A stretch of DNA of 64,000 nt from Endomicrobiales bacterium (GCA_963794945.1 CAWCFT010000001.1:160001-224000); one strand, 5' to 3'. Counted from the stretch's first letter, positions 1-10,364 are shown. Notes: generated by a model not told the origin, from the sequence alone. A program made the numbers and translations.

Positions 1-92
1 TAAACCTTCATCTGTTCGGCTGAAGGCTGGGCCCCTTTTGTGGTAATGTCCATACGGAACAGCAGTATGTATTCAGCTAATGTTTTCTTCAT
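1..92 (-). CDS. 5' part of a YciI/DGPF-like protein (runs off the window)
   Basis: ATG at 92 with purine-rich RBS; hand translation MKKTLAEYILLFRMDITTKGAQPSAEQMKV resembles YciI-family N-termini. Confidence 0.55.
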   Translation of the reverse strand, partial: MKKTLAEYILLFRMDITTKGAQPSAEQMKV

Positions 93-174
93 GGTTTCTT
101 CCTTTTTATCAGATTTATGCGAGGAGATAAACATTTATATCTATTTGGCAGGGCCGTGTCAAGAAAAATGCTTT

Positions 175-1131
175 CTAAGCCTTTATCCCGAATTTTTCTT
201 CAAGGTACGGCAGGTCGTTTAACACGTAGGTCATAACATAGCCGCGCCACTTGCCCCAGAGCTTTTCAGCGGCGCGGGTGGTTTTATCTATAAGCTCGCG
301 CGGGTTACTGCCTTTCGGGACGGGCCTGCCGAATATGAGGCGGTGGAATATCTTCACGCTCCAGACGTCAAGCGAAAAGCTCGAGTGCGGGTCGGCGAAG
401 CTGGCCGAGTATTCCCCAACGCCGAAAAGCTCCATCAGCCTGCGCTTGGACTCTTCGGGTGTCATTTCTGAAAGCTCCTCCGCGCTCGGGAACCCCTTTA
501 CCAGCTGATTGGCAAGCTTGACGAGGTTCTTTGCCCTGTAGCCGAGCTTGCATTTTTCAAGCTCGCGCCTGGGCGCGGAGGCGATAGACTCTTCCGTGGG
601 CCAGAGCTGTATCACGGCGTTGTCGAACTTTATCACCTCGCCGTATTTCCGTATCAGGCAGTCCCACATCGACTGCGAGCGCTTTATAGGCGCCATTTGC
701 AGGAGCACGGCCAGAGTCAAAGACGGGAATATATCGCTGCCCCAGGCTTCCCTCATACCGTAAAGTCTGCGGACTAGGTGTTTGAGCACCCTGTCTTTGC
801 GCATCATCTTATAGAGCTGGGTTATGTCTTCTTCGGCCCCCAGCGCCTTGACAAGCATGGCACGGATCTTCATGAGGTCCTTCATGCCAAGCTTTTTGGG
901 TGCGAATACGTCGAAGGCTATCTCGTATTTCCCCGCGCACGCGCGGATGCCGAGAGGGAGCTTTTTGCCGTTTTCCAGCTTATACCAGAACCCGGTCCTC
1001 ACCGTGCCGTCTTTCCACTCTTCGAAAGGCGTGAACCAGTGCCAGCCCGCCGGCTTTTTAACCGTTAGCTCGAAGTTGTACGGCTGTACCGGCGTGATTT
1101 TAAAGCTTGCAGCGCGCCTAAGGTTATGCAT
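175..1131 (-). CDS. HhH-GPD DNA glycosylase (AlkA/Ogg-like)
   Basis: LGYRAK, HhH motif LMELFGVGEYSA, catalytic-like LDVW, C-terminal WGKWRGY. Confidence 0.8.
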   Translation of the reverse strand: MHNLRRAASFKITPVQPYNFELTVKKPAGWHWFTPFEEWKDGTVRTGFWYKLENGKKLPLGIRACAGKYEIAFDVFAPKKLGMKDLMKIRAMLVKALGAEEDITQLYKMMRKDRVLKHLVRRLYGMREAWGSDIFPSLTLAVLLQMAPIKRSQSMWDCLIRKYGEVIKFDNAVIQLWPTEESIASAPRRELEKCKLGYRAKNLVKLANQLVKGFPSAEELSEMTPEESKRRLMELFGVGEYSASFADPHSSFSLDVWSVKIFHRLIFGRPVPKGSNPRELIDKTTRAAEKLWGKWRGYVMTYVLNDLPYLEEKFGIKA

Positions 1132-1801
1132 GTTGATTCAGGTTAAATTTGGTTGCCTTTATGAGCCTGGCCCCCATATCGAACGCTTTCTGGCAGTCTA
1201 ACGGAAATATATCCCTTCTGCGTTTTGATTTTTCAGCGCCATCGAAAGACATGACATTGTATTTTTCATAGTCGTCGAACTGCAGTGTGTCGGTAACGTA
1301 AAGCGACTGGACTTCCTTGCAGAGCAAGTTGCGCTTTATAGGCGCTTCTATCGCGCCGAGCGTGTCCTTGTAACCCCTGGCCTTAAGGCCCTCTTCGTTT
1401 ATGTTCATCGTGTATATTAGGCCCGCCTGGATAGGCTTCACCCGCGTGGTGGAATAATTGGTGTCGTAAAGCAAGTATTGGAATAAAAGCCGCTCGATGA
1501 ACGACCTCATTGCCCCAGTCACCATTCCGAAATAGATGGGTGAACCGAGTATGAGGGCGTCAGCTTCTTCGATCTTCGTCAATACAGGTTTAAGCCCGTC
1601 CTGCACGACGCAATGGCCGAAACTCCCACCGGACCTGAGCTTGCAGGCAAAACAGCTTATGCAGCCTTTGTAGTCTAGGTCATAGAGGTGGACAAGCTCG
1701 GACTCGGCGCCAGCAGAAGCGGCGCCTTCCAGTGCCTTCTCGAGCAGGGTGGCCGTGTTCCATTTTTTTCTCGGGCTTCCGTTAATGGCTATCGCTTTCA
1801 T
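1124..1801 (-). CDS. Flavodoxin-fold / iron-sulfur flavoprotein (NADPH-dependent FMN reductase family)
   Basis: INGSPRKKWNT, CISCFACK...C cluster, ADALILGSPIYFG. Confidence 0.85.
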   Translation of the reverse strand: MKAIAINGSPRKKWNTATLLEKALEGAASAGAESELVHLYDLDYKGCISCFACKLRSGGSFGHCVVQDGLKPVLTKIEEADALILGSPIYFGMVTGAMRSFIERLLFQYLLYDTNYSTTRVKPIQAGLIYTMNINEEGLKARGYKDTLGAIEAPIKRNLLCKEVQSLYVTDTLQFDDYEKYNVMSFDGAEKSKRRRDIFPLDCQKAFDMGARLIKATKFNLNQHA

Positions 1802-1839
1802 TGTTGTCTCCTTATCATTTTACTGCGTGCCGGAAATTG

Positions 1840-1871
1840 AAAAGCCACGCTGCGATCCGCAGAGTGGCCTT
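1840..1871 (-). terminator. Intrinsic terminator-like hairpin in the leader of the flavoprotein gene
   Basis: AGGCCACTCTGCG-GAT-CGCAGCGTGGCTTTT on the minus strand. Confidence 0.55.
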
Positions 1872-1955
1872 GTTAAAAGGTTATTTAGTTATCCATGAGA
1901 TATATAACAAGACCATCAGCGCCTTACCCAAAACCCAGCGCGCGTCTTCAAGTTA

Positions 1956-1984
1956 AATATATCTCTTTGGAACTTATCTGTCAA
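1956..1984 (-). promoter_or_regulatory. Sigma70-type promoter
   Basis: TTGACA (1984-1979), 17 nt spacer, TATATT (1961-1956). Confidence 0.6.
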
Positions 1985-2009
1985 CCATGCCTCTCTATAT
2001 ATGTTATCG

Positions 2010-2567
2010 TCACCTGTTTTTCATAACTTCTTCAAGTAGCGCCTTAGGAACAAAGGGCTTTGGCAGGAACGCGTCGGCCCCCGCCTGTATTACCTTACGT
2101 TTTGTAGCTTCGTTGTTGCTGCCTGAGATCGCAATAACCTTGATATTTGGGTCCCTTTGCTTGATTGCCCGGCACACTTCGTAGCCGTTAATGCCGGGGA
2201 GCTTGATGTCAAGTATAACTATGTCGGGTCCAAACTGATTGAGCTTGTCGCCGGCTTCGAACCCGGTGAGCGCGTTGTCCGTTTCATATTCAAAATCAAG
2301 GGCTTTAAGCACCCTTTCGATGTATTCAACTATGGGCTGTTCGTCATCCACTATCAATATTTTCTCAGCCATTCCGGAGATTTCTTCCGGAATAGGGAAC
2401 TTGTTCTTTTTAAGGAATTCTACAAGATCCTGCTTGGATATCCTTCTGTGACCGCCAAGCGTTTTATGAGCTTTCAGCTTACCCGACTCTACCCAGTCCA
2501 CGATAGTCGTAACCCCCACGCCACACATATCGCTAATGTCGAACGTCGTGTAAAATCTCTTTTCCAT
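2010..2567 (-). CDS. Response regulator with N-terminal excisionase-type HTH
   Basis: TTIVDWVESGKLKAHKTLGGHRRI followed by receiver motifs ILIVDDE, ILDIKLP, FLPKPF. Confidence 0.9.
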   Translation of the reverse strand: MEKRFYTTFDISDMCGVGVTTIVDWVESGKLKAHKTLGGHRRISKQDLVEFLKKNKFPIPEEISGMAEKILIVDDEQPIVEYIERVLKALDFEYETDNALTGFEAGDKLNQFGPDIVILDIKLPGINGYEVCRAIKQRDPNIKVIAISGSNNEATKRKVIQAGADAFLPKPFVPKALLEEVMKNR

Positions 2568-2710
2568 GGCTCACCTCGTTTAAGGTACATTTGTTGATTT
2601 AGTGGTTTTTGTTGTTTCCGCTATATTAATAGCAGACGAAAACGATGATGTCAATGCATTATTTCGCGAGAGGGACCAACCGCGCGGAAGATGTTAAGAA
2701 CAAAAATATA

Positions 2711-2739
2711 ACCGTTACCACTTAACAGGTGATAACGGT
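2711..2739 (-). terminator. Hairpin terminator after the SRPBCC gene
   Basis: ACCGTTACCAC/GTGATAACGGT stem followed by a T-rich tract on the minus strand. Confidence 0.5.
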
Positions 2740-2770
2740 CTTTATGATATGCTTTTAAAAGCCGTGAGGC

Positions 2771-3265
2771 CTACTCAACCGCAGCGAACGCAAGCTCATC
2801 GGCGAGTTTATCCAGCGACGTGCTCCAGCCTTCTCTTGTCATGGCGGCGTCGCCGTCGGTCGGGAAACCAGAGTGGCGCAGCGTGAGCTTTGTTTGTCCG
2901 TCTTGCTCTTCGAACGTTACGGTTACCACCAGTTCCTTCGGCCATATCCCCTTCATGCCGTAAAATGCCGCTGGTATTATATTGCCGGCACTGTCTGAAA
3001 AGCTGTCGGTGGCAACTATACGCTCGTTAGGGGTTATCTCTTTGTATTTACCAGTACTCCAGTATTCTTTGCCATCAGGCGAACGCTTGCAGTAGAGGTA
3101 AGAACCTCCGACCCGCAAGTCTATGTTCGCATAAGGAGCGGTAAACTCTTTCGGCCCCCACCAGCGCCGGACGTATTCGGGGTCCGTCCATGCCCTCCAG
3201 ACGACCTCTTTTGGCGCCGCGAAAACGCGCGTTATCAGTACCTCAGATTTTTTAGTTTCATTCAT
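2771..3265 (-). CDS. SRPBCC/AHSA1 (activator of Hsp90 ATPase homolog 1-like) domain protein
   Basis: ITRVFAAPKEVVWRAWTDP...WWGP...DLRVGG...GW...LDKL. Confidence 0.9.
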   Translation of the reverse strand: MNETKKSEVLITRVFAAPKEVVWRAWTDPEYVRRWWGPKEFTAPYANIDLRVGGSYLYCKRSPDGKEYWSTGKYKEITPNERIVATDSFSDSAGNIIPAAFYGMKGIWPKELVVTVTFEEQDGQTKLTLRHSGFPTDGDAAMTREGWSTSLDKLADELAFAAVE

Positions 3266-3512
3266 ATGGCCATCCTTATTCGATTATTTTTGCCTGTATT
3301 TATATTTCCAGCCTGCTGCCTGCATAATGAGGAAATGGTCGCCTTCCATATCTTTGACTCCGGCAAACCGGGAAGCCTCCTCAAATCCATTAAATAATTT
3401 TATCCCGGAAGACGTCAATAGAAATGTAGAAAGCAGTTAGAACTTGTGCGAATCGGATTGCAGTGGGTGTTTTAAAAGGAAAGTGTTAAATTATCGAAAT
3501 AAACAGCTCTAC

Positions 3513-3998
3513 CTAGGAGACTATCTTGGACATCTCTTTTTCGACGGCGGTTAAGACGCTTTCGCCGGCTTTCGCTTCGATTATGGGATAGAGGCGCTCG
3601 TCTTCGTATTCTGCGTGTTTGATCAGAGCGAATATGGTATCATTGACCAGGTCCATAAAGCATTCTTTGAGCTCGCTGGTCTTACAAGTTTCCATTTTGG
3701 CGGCCGTTTCTTTTATCTTTTCAAAGCTGTTCTTCAGCTTTTTGTGTTCTTCCAGTATCCTTTCCATGCTTGAAATCTCTTCTGCGTTTAAGCTCCTGCT
3801 ATCCAATAAAGCGTTTATTAACACTTCTTCGTAAATGAAATGTACTGGTATATGCTTGTAGAAGAAGACCAGCGAATCGTATATATCTTCATAAAAATTG
3901 GATTTGTCGTGCCTGAGTATGAAATCCGTCAAGAACGCGGTTTTTTCTTTGCCTTCGTTGTGTGTCCTGTAAACAAGGTTCAGCGCTTTGTTCCCCAT
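3513..3998 (-). CDS. Hemerythrin (HHE) domain protein
   Basis: HFIYEE, EEH and HAEYEDERLYP metal-ligand pattern. Confidence 0.75.
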   Translation of the reverse strand: MGNKALNLVYRTHNEGKEKTAFLTDFILRHDKSNFYEDIYDSLVFFYKHIPVHFIYEEVLINALLDSRSLNAEEISSMERILEEHKKLKNSFEKIKETAAKMETCKTSELKECFMDLVNDTIFALIKHAEYEDERLYPIIEAKAGESVLTAVEKEMSKIVS

Positions 3999-4173
3999 GA
4001 AAACCTCTCCGTTTTCCGGGCTCCAGCATTACGTTAGGCATATATCTTAGTAACCGGTCTGTCAAACAGACGGAGAAAGCCACAACACATCCGTCTTAAA
4101 ACACGGGTCCTCGTGACGCTGAAGAAAACTGCTAGCCTGACAGAAAGAATTTCAAGTAATGTTTTCTTCCTAT

Positions 4174-4854
4174 TTACTTCATCGCTATCTGCGTTACATC
4201 GTTCTGCTGGTCGAACTGCAATATTTCAACAAGATACACCCACCCGGCAGCACCCTTAAATGTTCCGTCGAGAACTCGAACCTTGGCGTATACCGCATCC
4301 TTATTAAGAACAAGTAGCTTGGTATTGTAATCCAGGTTAAGCATCCTTTTTTCCTTGAACATATTGCTTATTTCATACTTGTCGCCAATCTTATAGCTGT
4401 GGTAAAACAGTTTTACTTCATCGACATCCTTACAGAAAGGTATAAAGCTGTCCTTCGGCACGCTGACTGCGACCGTGCTCCCTTCGTGGTATTTCATGAA
4501 AGCTTTCGCTTGCAAAACAATTTCGTGTTGCTTGTTGTAATGCCATGACGCACCACCAACTGCCACCATCACTGCCATTACGAGCAGTATGGACACAGAT
4601 TTTTCCAATACATTCCGCATTGAAACACTATTCTTTGCGCCATCCATTTTTACTTTTGCTGCGAAGATATCCAGCTTAGGCTTAAGGTCGTCCGAGGACA
4701 TACCATGAGTGTGGTGCGTAAAACCCGCTTCCACTATCTTCGGCTGGAATTTTGAATCTTTACCCTGAGAAACCAACACGGCTTTGCACTGTGAGCAGTG
4801 TTTACTGCCTTCAGCATTAACCTTCTTGCACTTCGGGCACGTGATCTTCTCCAT
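4174..4854 (-). CDS. Zinc-ribbon membrane protein, hypothetical
   Basis: CPKC...CSQC at the N-terminus, one TM segment, AAGGAGG RBS. Confidence 0.6.
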   Translation of the reverse strand: MEKITCPKCKKVNAEGSKHCSQCKAVLVSQGKDSKFQPKIVEAGFTHHTHGMSSDDLKPKLDIFAAKVKMDGAKNSVSMRNVLEKSVSILLVMAVMVAVGGASWHYNKQHEIVLQAKAFMKYHEGSTVAVSVPKDSFIPFCKDVDEVKLFYHSYKIGDKYEISNMFKEKRMLNLDYNTKLLVLNKDAVYAKVRVLDGTFKGAAGWVYLVEILQFDQQNDVTQIAMK

Positions 4855-4901
4855 AATTCCTCCTTAAATTATATATTTGCACGGTTGTGCATCCTAAAAA
4901 T

Positions 4902-4931
4902 AAAAAACACATCCTAAAAAAGCGATGTGTT
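4902..4931 (-). terminator. Intrinsic terminator in the leader upstream of the zinc-ribbon gene
   Basis: AACACATC/GATGTGTT stem followed by a T-tract. Confidence 0.6.
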
Positions 4932-5018
4932 CACCTATGATCGAAGCCCGCGCCGTGCACCGGGACTCCTTATTTCATCTCTACAACAGATACCGGGGTC
5001 ATGCTTTAGCACGGCTTT

Positions 5019-5047
5019 ATTATACAATATAATTTTAAAAATGTAAA
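5019..5047 (-). promoter_or_regulatory. Sigma70-type promoter
   Basis: TTTACA (5047-5042), 17 nt spacer, TATAAT (5024-5019). Confidence 0.65.
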
Positions 5048-5077
5048 CTTTATCTTAAATGTTGTTTATGGTACAGT

Positions 5078-5851
5078 CTATTTCAAACGGATGTCCGATA
5101 GCCTGACAAACCCGTAGCCTCGGGCCTTCAACTCGGGGATAGCAGCGATAATACCTTTTCCTGTTTCTTTTTCCGGGTGATTGACATGGAAGATAACTAT
5201 AGAACCCGGAGGAGAACTCAATAATGCTTTTTTGACCTGCGCTTTGTTGTATGTAGCGCCAGCGTCGCCCAGCACGCTGAAACCGGCTATTTTGTAGCCG
5301 AGCTGGTGTATTATCTCTACGGCGTATTCGTCGTAATAGGCCGTGCCCGAACGGTAATATTCGGGTTTTTTGCCGGTGAGTTTTTCTATTTTCTCGGAGT
5401 TAAGCTCAACCTCATCAACCAATTCTGCCGGCGATCCGGTGCCTTTGAGGCCGTAAACTGAATTCCCGTTTACCGAAGATGGCATATGGTTCATACCGTG
5501 GTTCTCTATTTCGAATAGGTTATTCGATGCTATCTTTTTGAACTCTTCGGGATGCCTGTCTATCCACCTGCCGCTTATAAAAAATGTTGCCGGGATCTTG
5601 TTTTTTACAAGGTAATCGAAAAGTTTCAAATCAAATCCATCGTTTTTCGAGCCGCATGCATCAAAGGTAAGTGCTATTACCTTGTCTTTCGTGTCAAGCT
5701 TTTTCAGGACGCCTTCGACGTTCTCACCCCACTGTTTTGGTGAAACACCGGCATATTGCTTGCTTATCCTGTCTTTAAGGATCGTATATTCTTCGCAGAA
5801 CGCAGGCATTATGAATGCAGCCATTAGTAGTGTTATCAGAACGCGCTTCAT
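5078..5851 (-). CDS. Secreted polysaccharide deacetylase (CE4/NodB-like)
   Basis: Signal peptide; IALTFDACG, ATFFISG, IENHGMNH, IVIFHVN. Confidence 0.85.
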   Translation of the reverse strand: MKRVLITLLMAAFIMPAFCEEYTILKDRISKQYAGVSPKQWGENVEGVLKKLDTKDKVIALTFDACGSKNDGFDLKLFDYLVKNKIPATFFISGRWIDRHPEEFKKIASNNLFEIENHGMNHMPSSVNGNSVYGLKGTGSPAELVDEVELNSEKIEKLTGKKPEYYRSGTAYYDEYAVEIIHQLGYKIAGFSVLGDAGATYNKAQVKKALLSSPPGSIVIFHVNHPEKETGKGIIAAIPELKARGYGFVRLSDIRLK

Positions 5852-6297
5852 CCGAGTATCACCTTGACGACCGCCTTGTGATGTTCGTACAACCCCGAAA
5901 GAGGCGCGTGGGCGTCTCCGGGGAATAATATCACAAAATCGCCGGGCTCAAGCTTTATATACCTTTCCGGCAAGTCATCGAAATATTTTATGTCCTTGGC
6001 TCTGTTATACCTTGTAAGTACCTTACGGCAGTCCTGAACCCTTTTTACCCCCATAAGCTCTGCACCGGCCACAACGTACTGGATATCGATATATTTCTCG
6101 TGGGCCTCCAGTTTGGCGCTCTTCTTACCTTTTCCGAAACCCTTTTGGACCATGGCATAAACGTTGTCGCCGGCTATCTCGAAGCGGCCGGGCTGAAGGC
6201 CGACAAGGTCTTTTCTCTCTAGAAAAACGAAAGCCTTTTCAAAATTAGGGTTAAGTTTAAGAAAATGTTTGTATTTCTTCAGGTTGCCTGTGATCAT
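5848..6297 (-). CDS. YhcH/YjgK/YiaL family protein
   Basis: EAHEKYIDIQY...G.E and FPGDAHAP motifs; ATG overlaps the cstA stop (ATGA). Confidence 0.85.
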   Translation of the reverse strand: MITGNLKKYKHFLKLNPNFEKAFVFLERKDLVGLQPGRFEIAGDNVYAMVQKGFGKGKKSAKLEAHEKYIDIQYVVAGAELMGVKRVQDCRKVLTRYNRAKDIKYFDDLPERYIKLEPGDFVILFPGDAHAPLSGLYEHHKAVVKVILG

Positions 6298-8208
6298 CCG
6301 ATTTGAAGTTCCTCCGTTTGTTTGGGCATCAAACAGCAGTACCATTTATAAAGCATGTCGACAAGCGAGACGGCGGCGAGCGCGGCCATTAAGAAGACAA
6401 GGAAGGCGTCTATCCTGAAAGAAAGTATTTCCCCGGAAGTAATACCCGGCGACAAGGCCTTGTTCTGGAATATGTCGAACAGCTGCCAAGAAGCAGTAAA
6501 CGTTGTAACGAACATAAACGCCATAGGTATAAGCGTTACCCATGCGTATTTTATCTTTCCTTCCTTGATGATTATAGTTGTCCCGACACCCAATGCTATA
6601 GCCGCGAGTAATTGGTTTGAAACGCCGAACATTGGCCAGATAGTCGACACGCTGCCGGAATATATAAGGTAGCCCCATGCCACGACTACCACGGCGCTCA
6701 TGGCTATGTTGCCCGGCAGCCATGCCTGACGGGCAAGCGGCTTATAGAATAAACCGCCGAACTCCTGCAGGAGAAAACGCGCCACGCGCGTCCCGGCGTC
6801 AACCGTAGTAAGTATAAACAACGCTTCGAACATGAGCGCGAAATTGTACCAGTAAGGCATCAGCCCTCTCATGCCTGGAATGTTGCCGAGTATCGAAGAC
6901 ATACCCACGGCGAGAGAGACGGCCCCGCCGGGACGGCCTTGTACATTGACTCCTACCATCGCCGATAGTTCGGTTATCCTCTGCACGGGAAAGCCCAGCG
7001 CAGCCAGCTGGCCGAACGTGAGCTTTGAATTTATTGCGAAATAGTCGCCCGGGATAAGCACGGTGGCCGCGATAAGCGCCATCATGCCTACAAAACCTTC
7101 AGTGAGCATCGCGCCAAATCCGATGAACGGGATATCCCGTTCGACATTATCATTTTGGGTGTTGTGCCTGACGCGATAAGTGAATGGAAACCGGATATTG
7201 CACCGCAAGCGATCGTTATAAACATGAACGGGAACAGCTTCCCAGGTATGACGGGCCCGCCTCCGCCCACAAACTGGGTGATCCTCGGCATCTGGATGAT
7301 AGGTGCGATCATCATTACACCCAAAGCAAGCAGGGTGACCGTGCCTATCTTCATATACGTTGACAAATAGTCCCTCGGGCAAAGCAGCATCCACACCGGC
7401 AGAACAGAAGCGAAAAATCCGTAAACTGCTATAGCGACTACCATGTTGTTCCTGGAGAGGTTAAAAAAGGTTCAAGGAATGACCCGGGTATAAAGTGCCC
7501 GGTAATAACCGCGGAGACAAGAAGCAGGACGCCTATTACACTCATCTCCCCGACCTTACCGGGCCTGATGTTCCTGAGATAGAAACCCATTAGCAGCGCT
7601 ATTGGTATGGTTAGTGCTATAGTGAAAGTTCCCCAGGGGCTTTTTGTAAGGGCGTTCACTACGGCAAGTCCTAGCCCTGCTAGAGCAACGATTATGATAA
7701 AAAGTATTGCGATAGATGCCGCTATTCCGCCAATCGGGCCCACTTCTTCCTTGGCTATCTGGGCGAGCGATTTACCGTCGCGTTTTACCGATGCCGCGAG
7801 AACTACGATATCGTGCACGGACCCCGCGAGCGCTGCGCCTATCAGTATCCATAAAAATCCCGGCAGGTAACCGAATTGTGCCGCAAGCATCGGCCCTATC
7901 AATGGCCCCGCGCCGGCTATAGCCGCGAAATGGTGCCCGAACAGCACCCACTTGTTGGTAGGCTCATAATCCATGCCGTCTTTAAGCCTGATGGCAGGAG
8001 TTTCCGCTGTATCATCAAGCGATATGACCTTAGCCACCACGAATGCGCAGTAGAACCTGTAAACTACAACGTAAAAACATGCGGCAGCCAAGACCAGCCA
8101 GAGCGCATTGACTTTCTCTCCCGGGTTAAATATCCCGGTGGCAACTGCCGTTGCAACGGCCGCGGCCAGCGAAATCATTAACCAAAATATTTTTTTCAGC
8201 ATTTTCAT
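6294..8208 (-). CDS. cstA: Carbon starvation protein A family transporter (two frameshifts near 7440 and 7140)
   Basis: [54 protein letters not shown] and [12 protein letters not shown] spread over three consecutive frames. Confidence 0.9.
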
Positions 8209-8510
8209 TCCAAAAAGCCCACGGCCTTTTCAACAGGCGAAATAAAAGCAAACCCCATCCCCCTTTCTTTCAACCCCCCGATAGAGACAACCGTATCAAA
8301 TATTGTCTCAAGCTGATCTTCTCCTGTAACAATAAGTATTACTTCTTTCTCGGCTTTTATGAACATACCCGATACACCTATCTTTTCCCTGACACCCCTG
8401 CCGCGAGCATCGTATATGGTTGCTGCCTGCGCGCCCTTGCGGATAGCTTCATCGATTATCCTGTCGCCTTTACCTTTTTCAACGATACAAGTGATGAGTT
8501 TCGCGTTCAT
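8205..8510 (-). CDS. PII-like regulatory protein
   Basis: PII superfamily pattern (GAQAATIYDARGRG...EKEVILIV...GMGFAFISPV); stop overlaps the cstA start. Confidence 0.8.
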   Translation of the reverse strand: MNAKLITCIVEKGKGDRIIDEAIRKGAQAATIYDARGRGVREKIGVSGMFIKAEKEVILIVTGEDQLETIFDTVVSIGGLKERGMGFAFISPVEKAVGFLE

Positions 8511-8603
8511 TTACGCTCCTTTCAATGAGGTAACTATAGCGATAAACAGCCCCTGACTTTAAAACCTCTTGATATGTGCAAATTATATTAAACATCGGAA
8601 GGG

Positions 8604-8984
8604 TCAGCCTTTTAAAGCTTTAGCGACGAGATCAATCAGTTCTTGTATTTCGAAGGGTTTTTTAAGGAACATGGCGTTTAAATTCTTGGTGTCTATTAGT
8701 TTGGCCGAATCCTCAAGTATTAGGCCGGAAACTATTATTATCGGTATTTTCTTCCCGCTGGCTTTTGAGTTTAAATCGAAAGCAACAGAAGCGCCGTCCA
8801 TCTCCGGCATCATGAGGTCGAGTATCAGAAGGTCCGGCGACTCCTCACTGATCTTATCCATGGTCTCTTCGCCGTTCTCGGCGGTCACGACATCGTAGCC
8901 TTCTATGGAAAGTATGCTGGCCAGTGAGGACCGGATATTCTCGTCATCGTCTGCGACAAGTATCTTCTTTGCTTGGTTTTCCAT
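8604..8984 (-). CDS. Single-domain response regulator (CheY-like)
   Basis: ILVADDD, ILDLMMPEMDG, KKPF. Confidence 0.9.
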   Translation of the reverse strand: MENQAKKILVADDDENIRSSLASILSIEGYDVVTAENGEETMDKISEESPDLLILDLMMPEMDGASVAFDLNSKASGKKIPIIIVSGLILEDSAKLIDTKNLNAMFLKKPFEIQELIDLVAKALKG

Positions 8985-9195
8985 TGAAATATCTCCGCTC
9001 AATAATCAGAACCTCTACCCACCGAGCTCGCGTTTTATACCCAGATATTGTGAATTATATCATAATTTTTAGTTAAATTGAAATTAAATAGCTATCTGAT
9101 TGAATCTGAAGTCCGTTAATTGTATAATACATATCAACTTAAATTTTAAATGCCTTAACTCAACTGATGAAGAGATTACCTAAAGGATACAAACA

Positions 9196-9987
9196 ATGTT
9201 AGTAGACTTCCATACCCACTTTTTTCCGGACAATATCGCAAGGCAAGGCTGCGACAACATGGCGAACAACGCGAACGTTACATATTACGGGGACGGCTCG
9301 CTGGGAAGCCTTTTGGAGTTCATGAAAACGGACTGTGTCGACATTTCGGTCAATCAGCCGGTGGCAACGAAGCCCGGGCAGGTACCCGGAATAAACCGCA
9401 GGATGGTAGAGATCAACAAGGCCAACAAATCAGTGATATGCTTCGGCGCCATGCATCCTGGTTTTGAAGATTTTGCAGAGCAGGTTAGCTTTCTTAAAGA
9501 AAACGGTATAAAAGGCATCAAGCTCCATCCTGAATACCAGCAGTTTCGTCCTGAAGATAAAAGGATGTTCAAATTTTATGAAGCCTGCGCCGAGGCCGGC
9601 ATAGCCGTTCTGTTCCACTCGGGAGTTGACCTGGGATACAAAAGTGTTCACAGCGCGCCTGAAGGTGTCAAACAAATACTCGGGATAAAAGGGCTGACTG
9701 TGATACTGGCGCATATGGGAGCCTACAGAATGTGGGATGATGTTGAGAAACTACTGGTTGGAGAGAATGTATATTTTGACTTAGCCTATTGTGCAGAGAT
9801 GGACAACGCTCAACTTAAGCGTATGATTCTGGCCCATGGATCCGACAAGATACTCTTCGCAACGGATTTTCCATGGGAGCGAGCGGAAGTCATAAAGAGA
9901 AAGATTGACACCCTGGCACTCGCAAAGGGAGATATAGACAACATCTGCTTTAAGAATGCCTCTAAATTATTGAACCTGAAATTCTGA
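9196..9987 (+). CDS. Amidohydrolase_2 family metal-dependent hydrolase
   Basis: DFHTH, GIKLHPEYQ, LFHSG, LAHMG, LFATDFPW. Confidence 0.9.
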   Translation: MLVDFHTHFFPDNIARQGCDNMANNANVTYYGDGSLGSLLEFMKTDCVDISVNQPVATKPGQVPGINRRMVEINKANKSVICFGAMHPGFEDFAEQVSFLKENGIKGIKLHPEYQQFRPEDKRMFKFYEACAEAGIAVLFHSGVDLGYKSVHSAPEGVKQILGIKGLTVILAHMGAYRMWDDVEKLLVGENVYFDLAYCAEMDNAQLKRMILAHGSDKILFATDFPWERAEVIKRKIDTLALAKGDIDNICFKNASKLLNLKF

Positions 9988-10034
9988 CCCTGCCTGACAT
10001 GTCTTTTGAATACTAAGATGAGCCCCTTAAGAGT

Positions 10035-10364
10035 TCAAGCCCGTTGCCTCTGCCCGGCGATATTCTTTACTTCAAAAAAGTTATATATCCTTACCATATC
10101 GAACTTTACCGCAGCTTCCCATTTATCTCTAGTTACTTGAATACGAAGTATTTTTCCTTTTACATAAAACGGAGTTATATCAGGATAAATATCTATTTTA
10201 CAGAATACTTCGGAACCAGGGCCGGCATATTCAGGCAACAGCACCCTCATACCACCTGGCCCGACGTCCAACACCCTTACCTTTTGTCTCTTATTATTAA
10301 CAATGAAATCGTCCGCATATCCAGGCTGTATGACACGGCGCATCACCCTTCTTTTTTCGCCCAT
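10035..10364 (-). CDS. PilZ domain protein
   Basis: EKRRVMR (RxxxR) and DVGPGG (DxxxxG) motifs. Confidence 0.7.
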   Translation of the reverse strand: MGEKRRVMRRVIQPGYADDFIVNNKRQKVRVLDVGPGGMRVLLPEYAGPGSEVFCKIDIYPDITPFYVKGKILRIQVTRDKWEAAVKFDMVRIYNFFEVKNIAGQRQRA

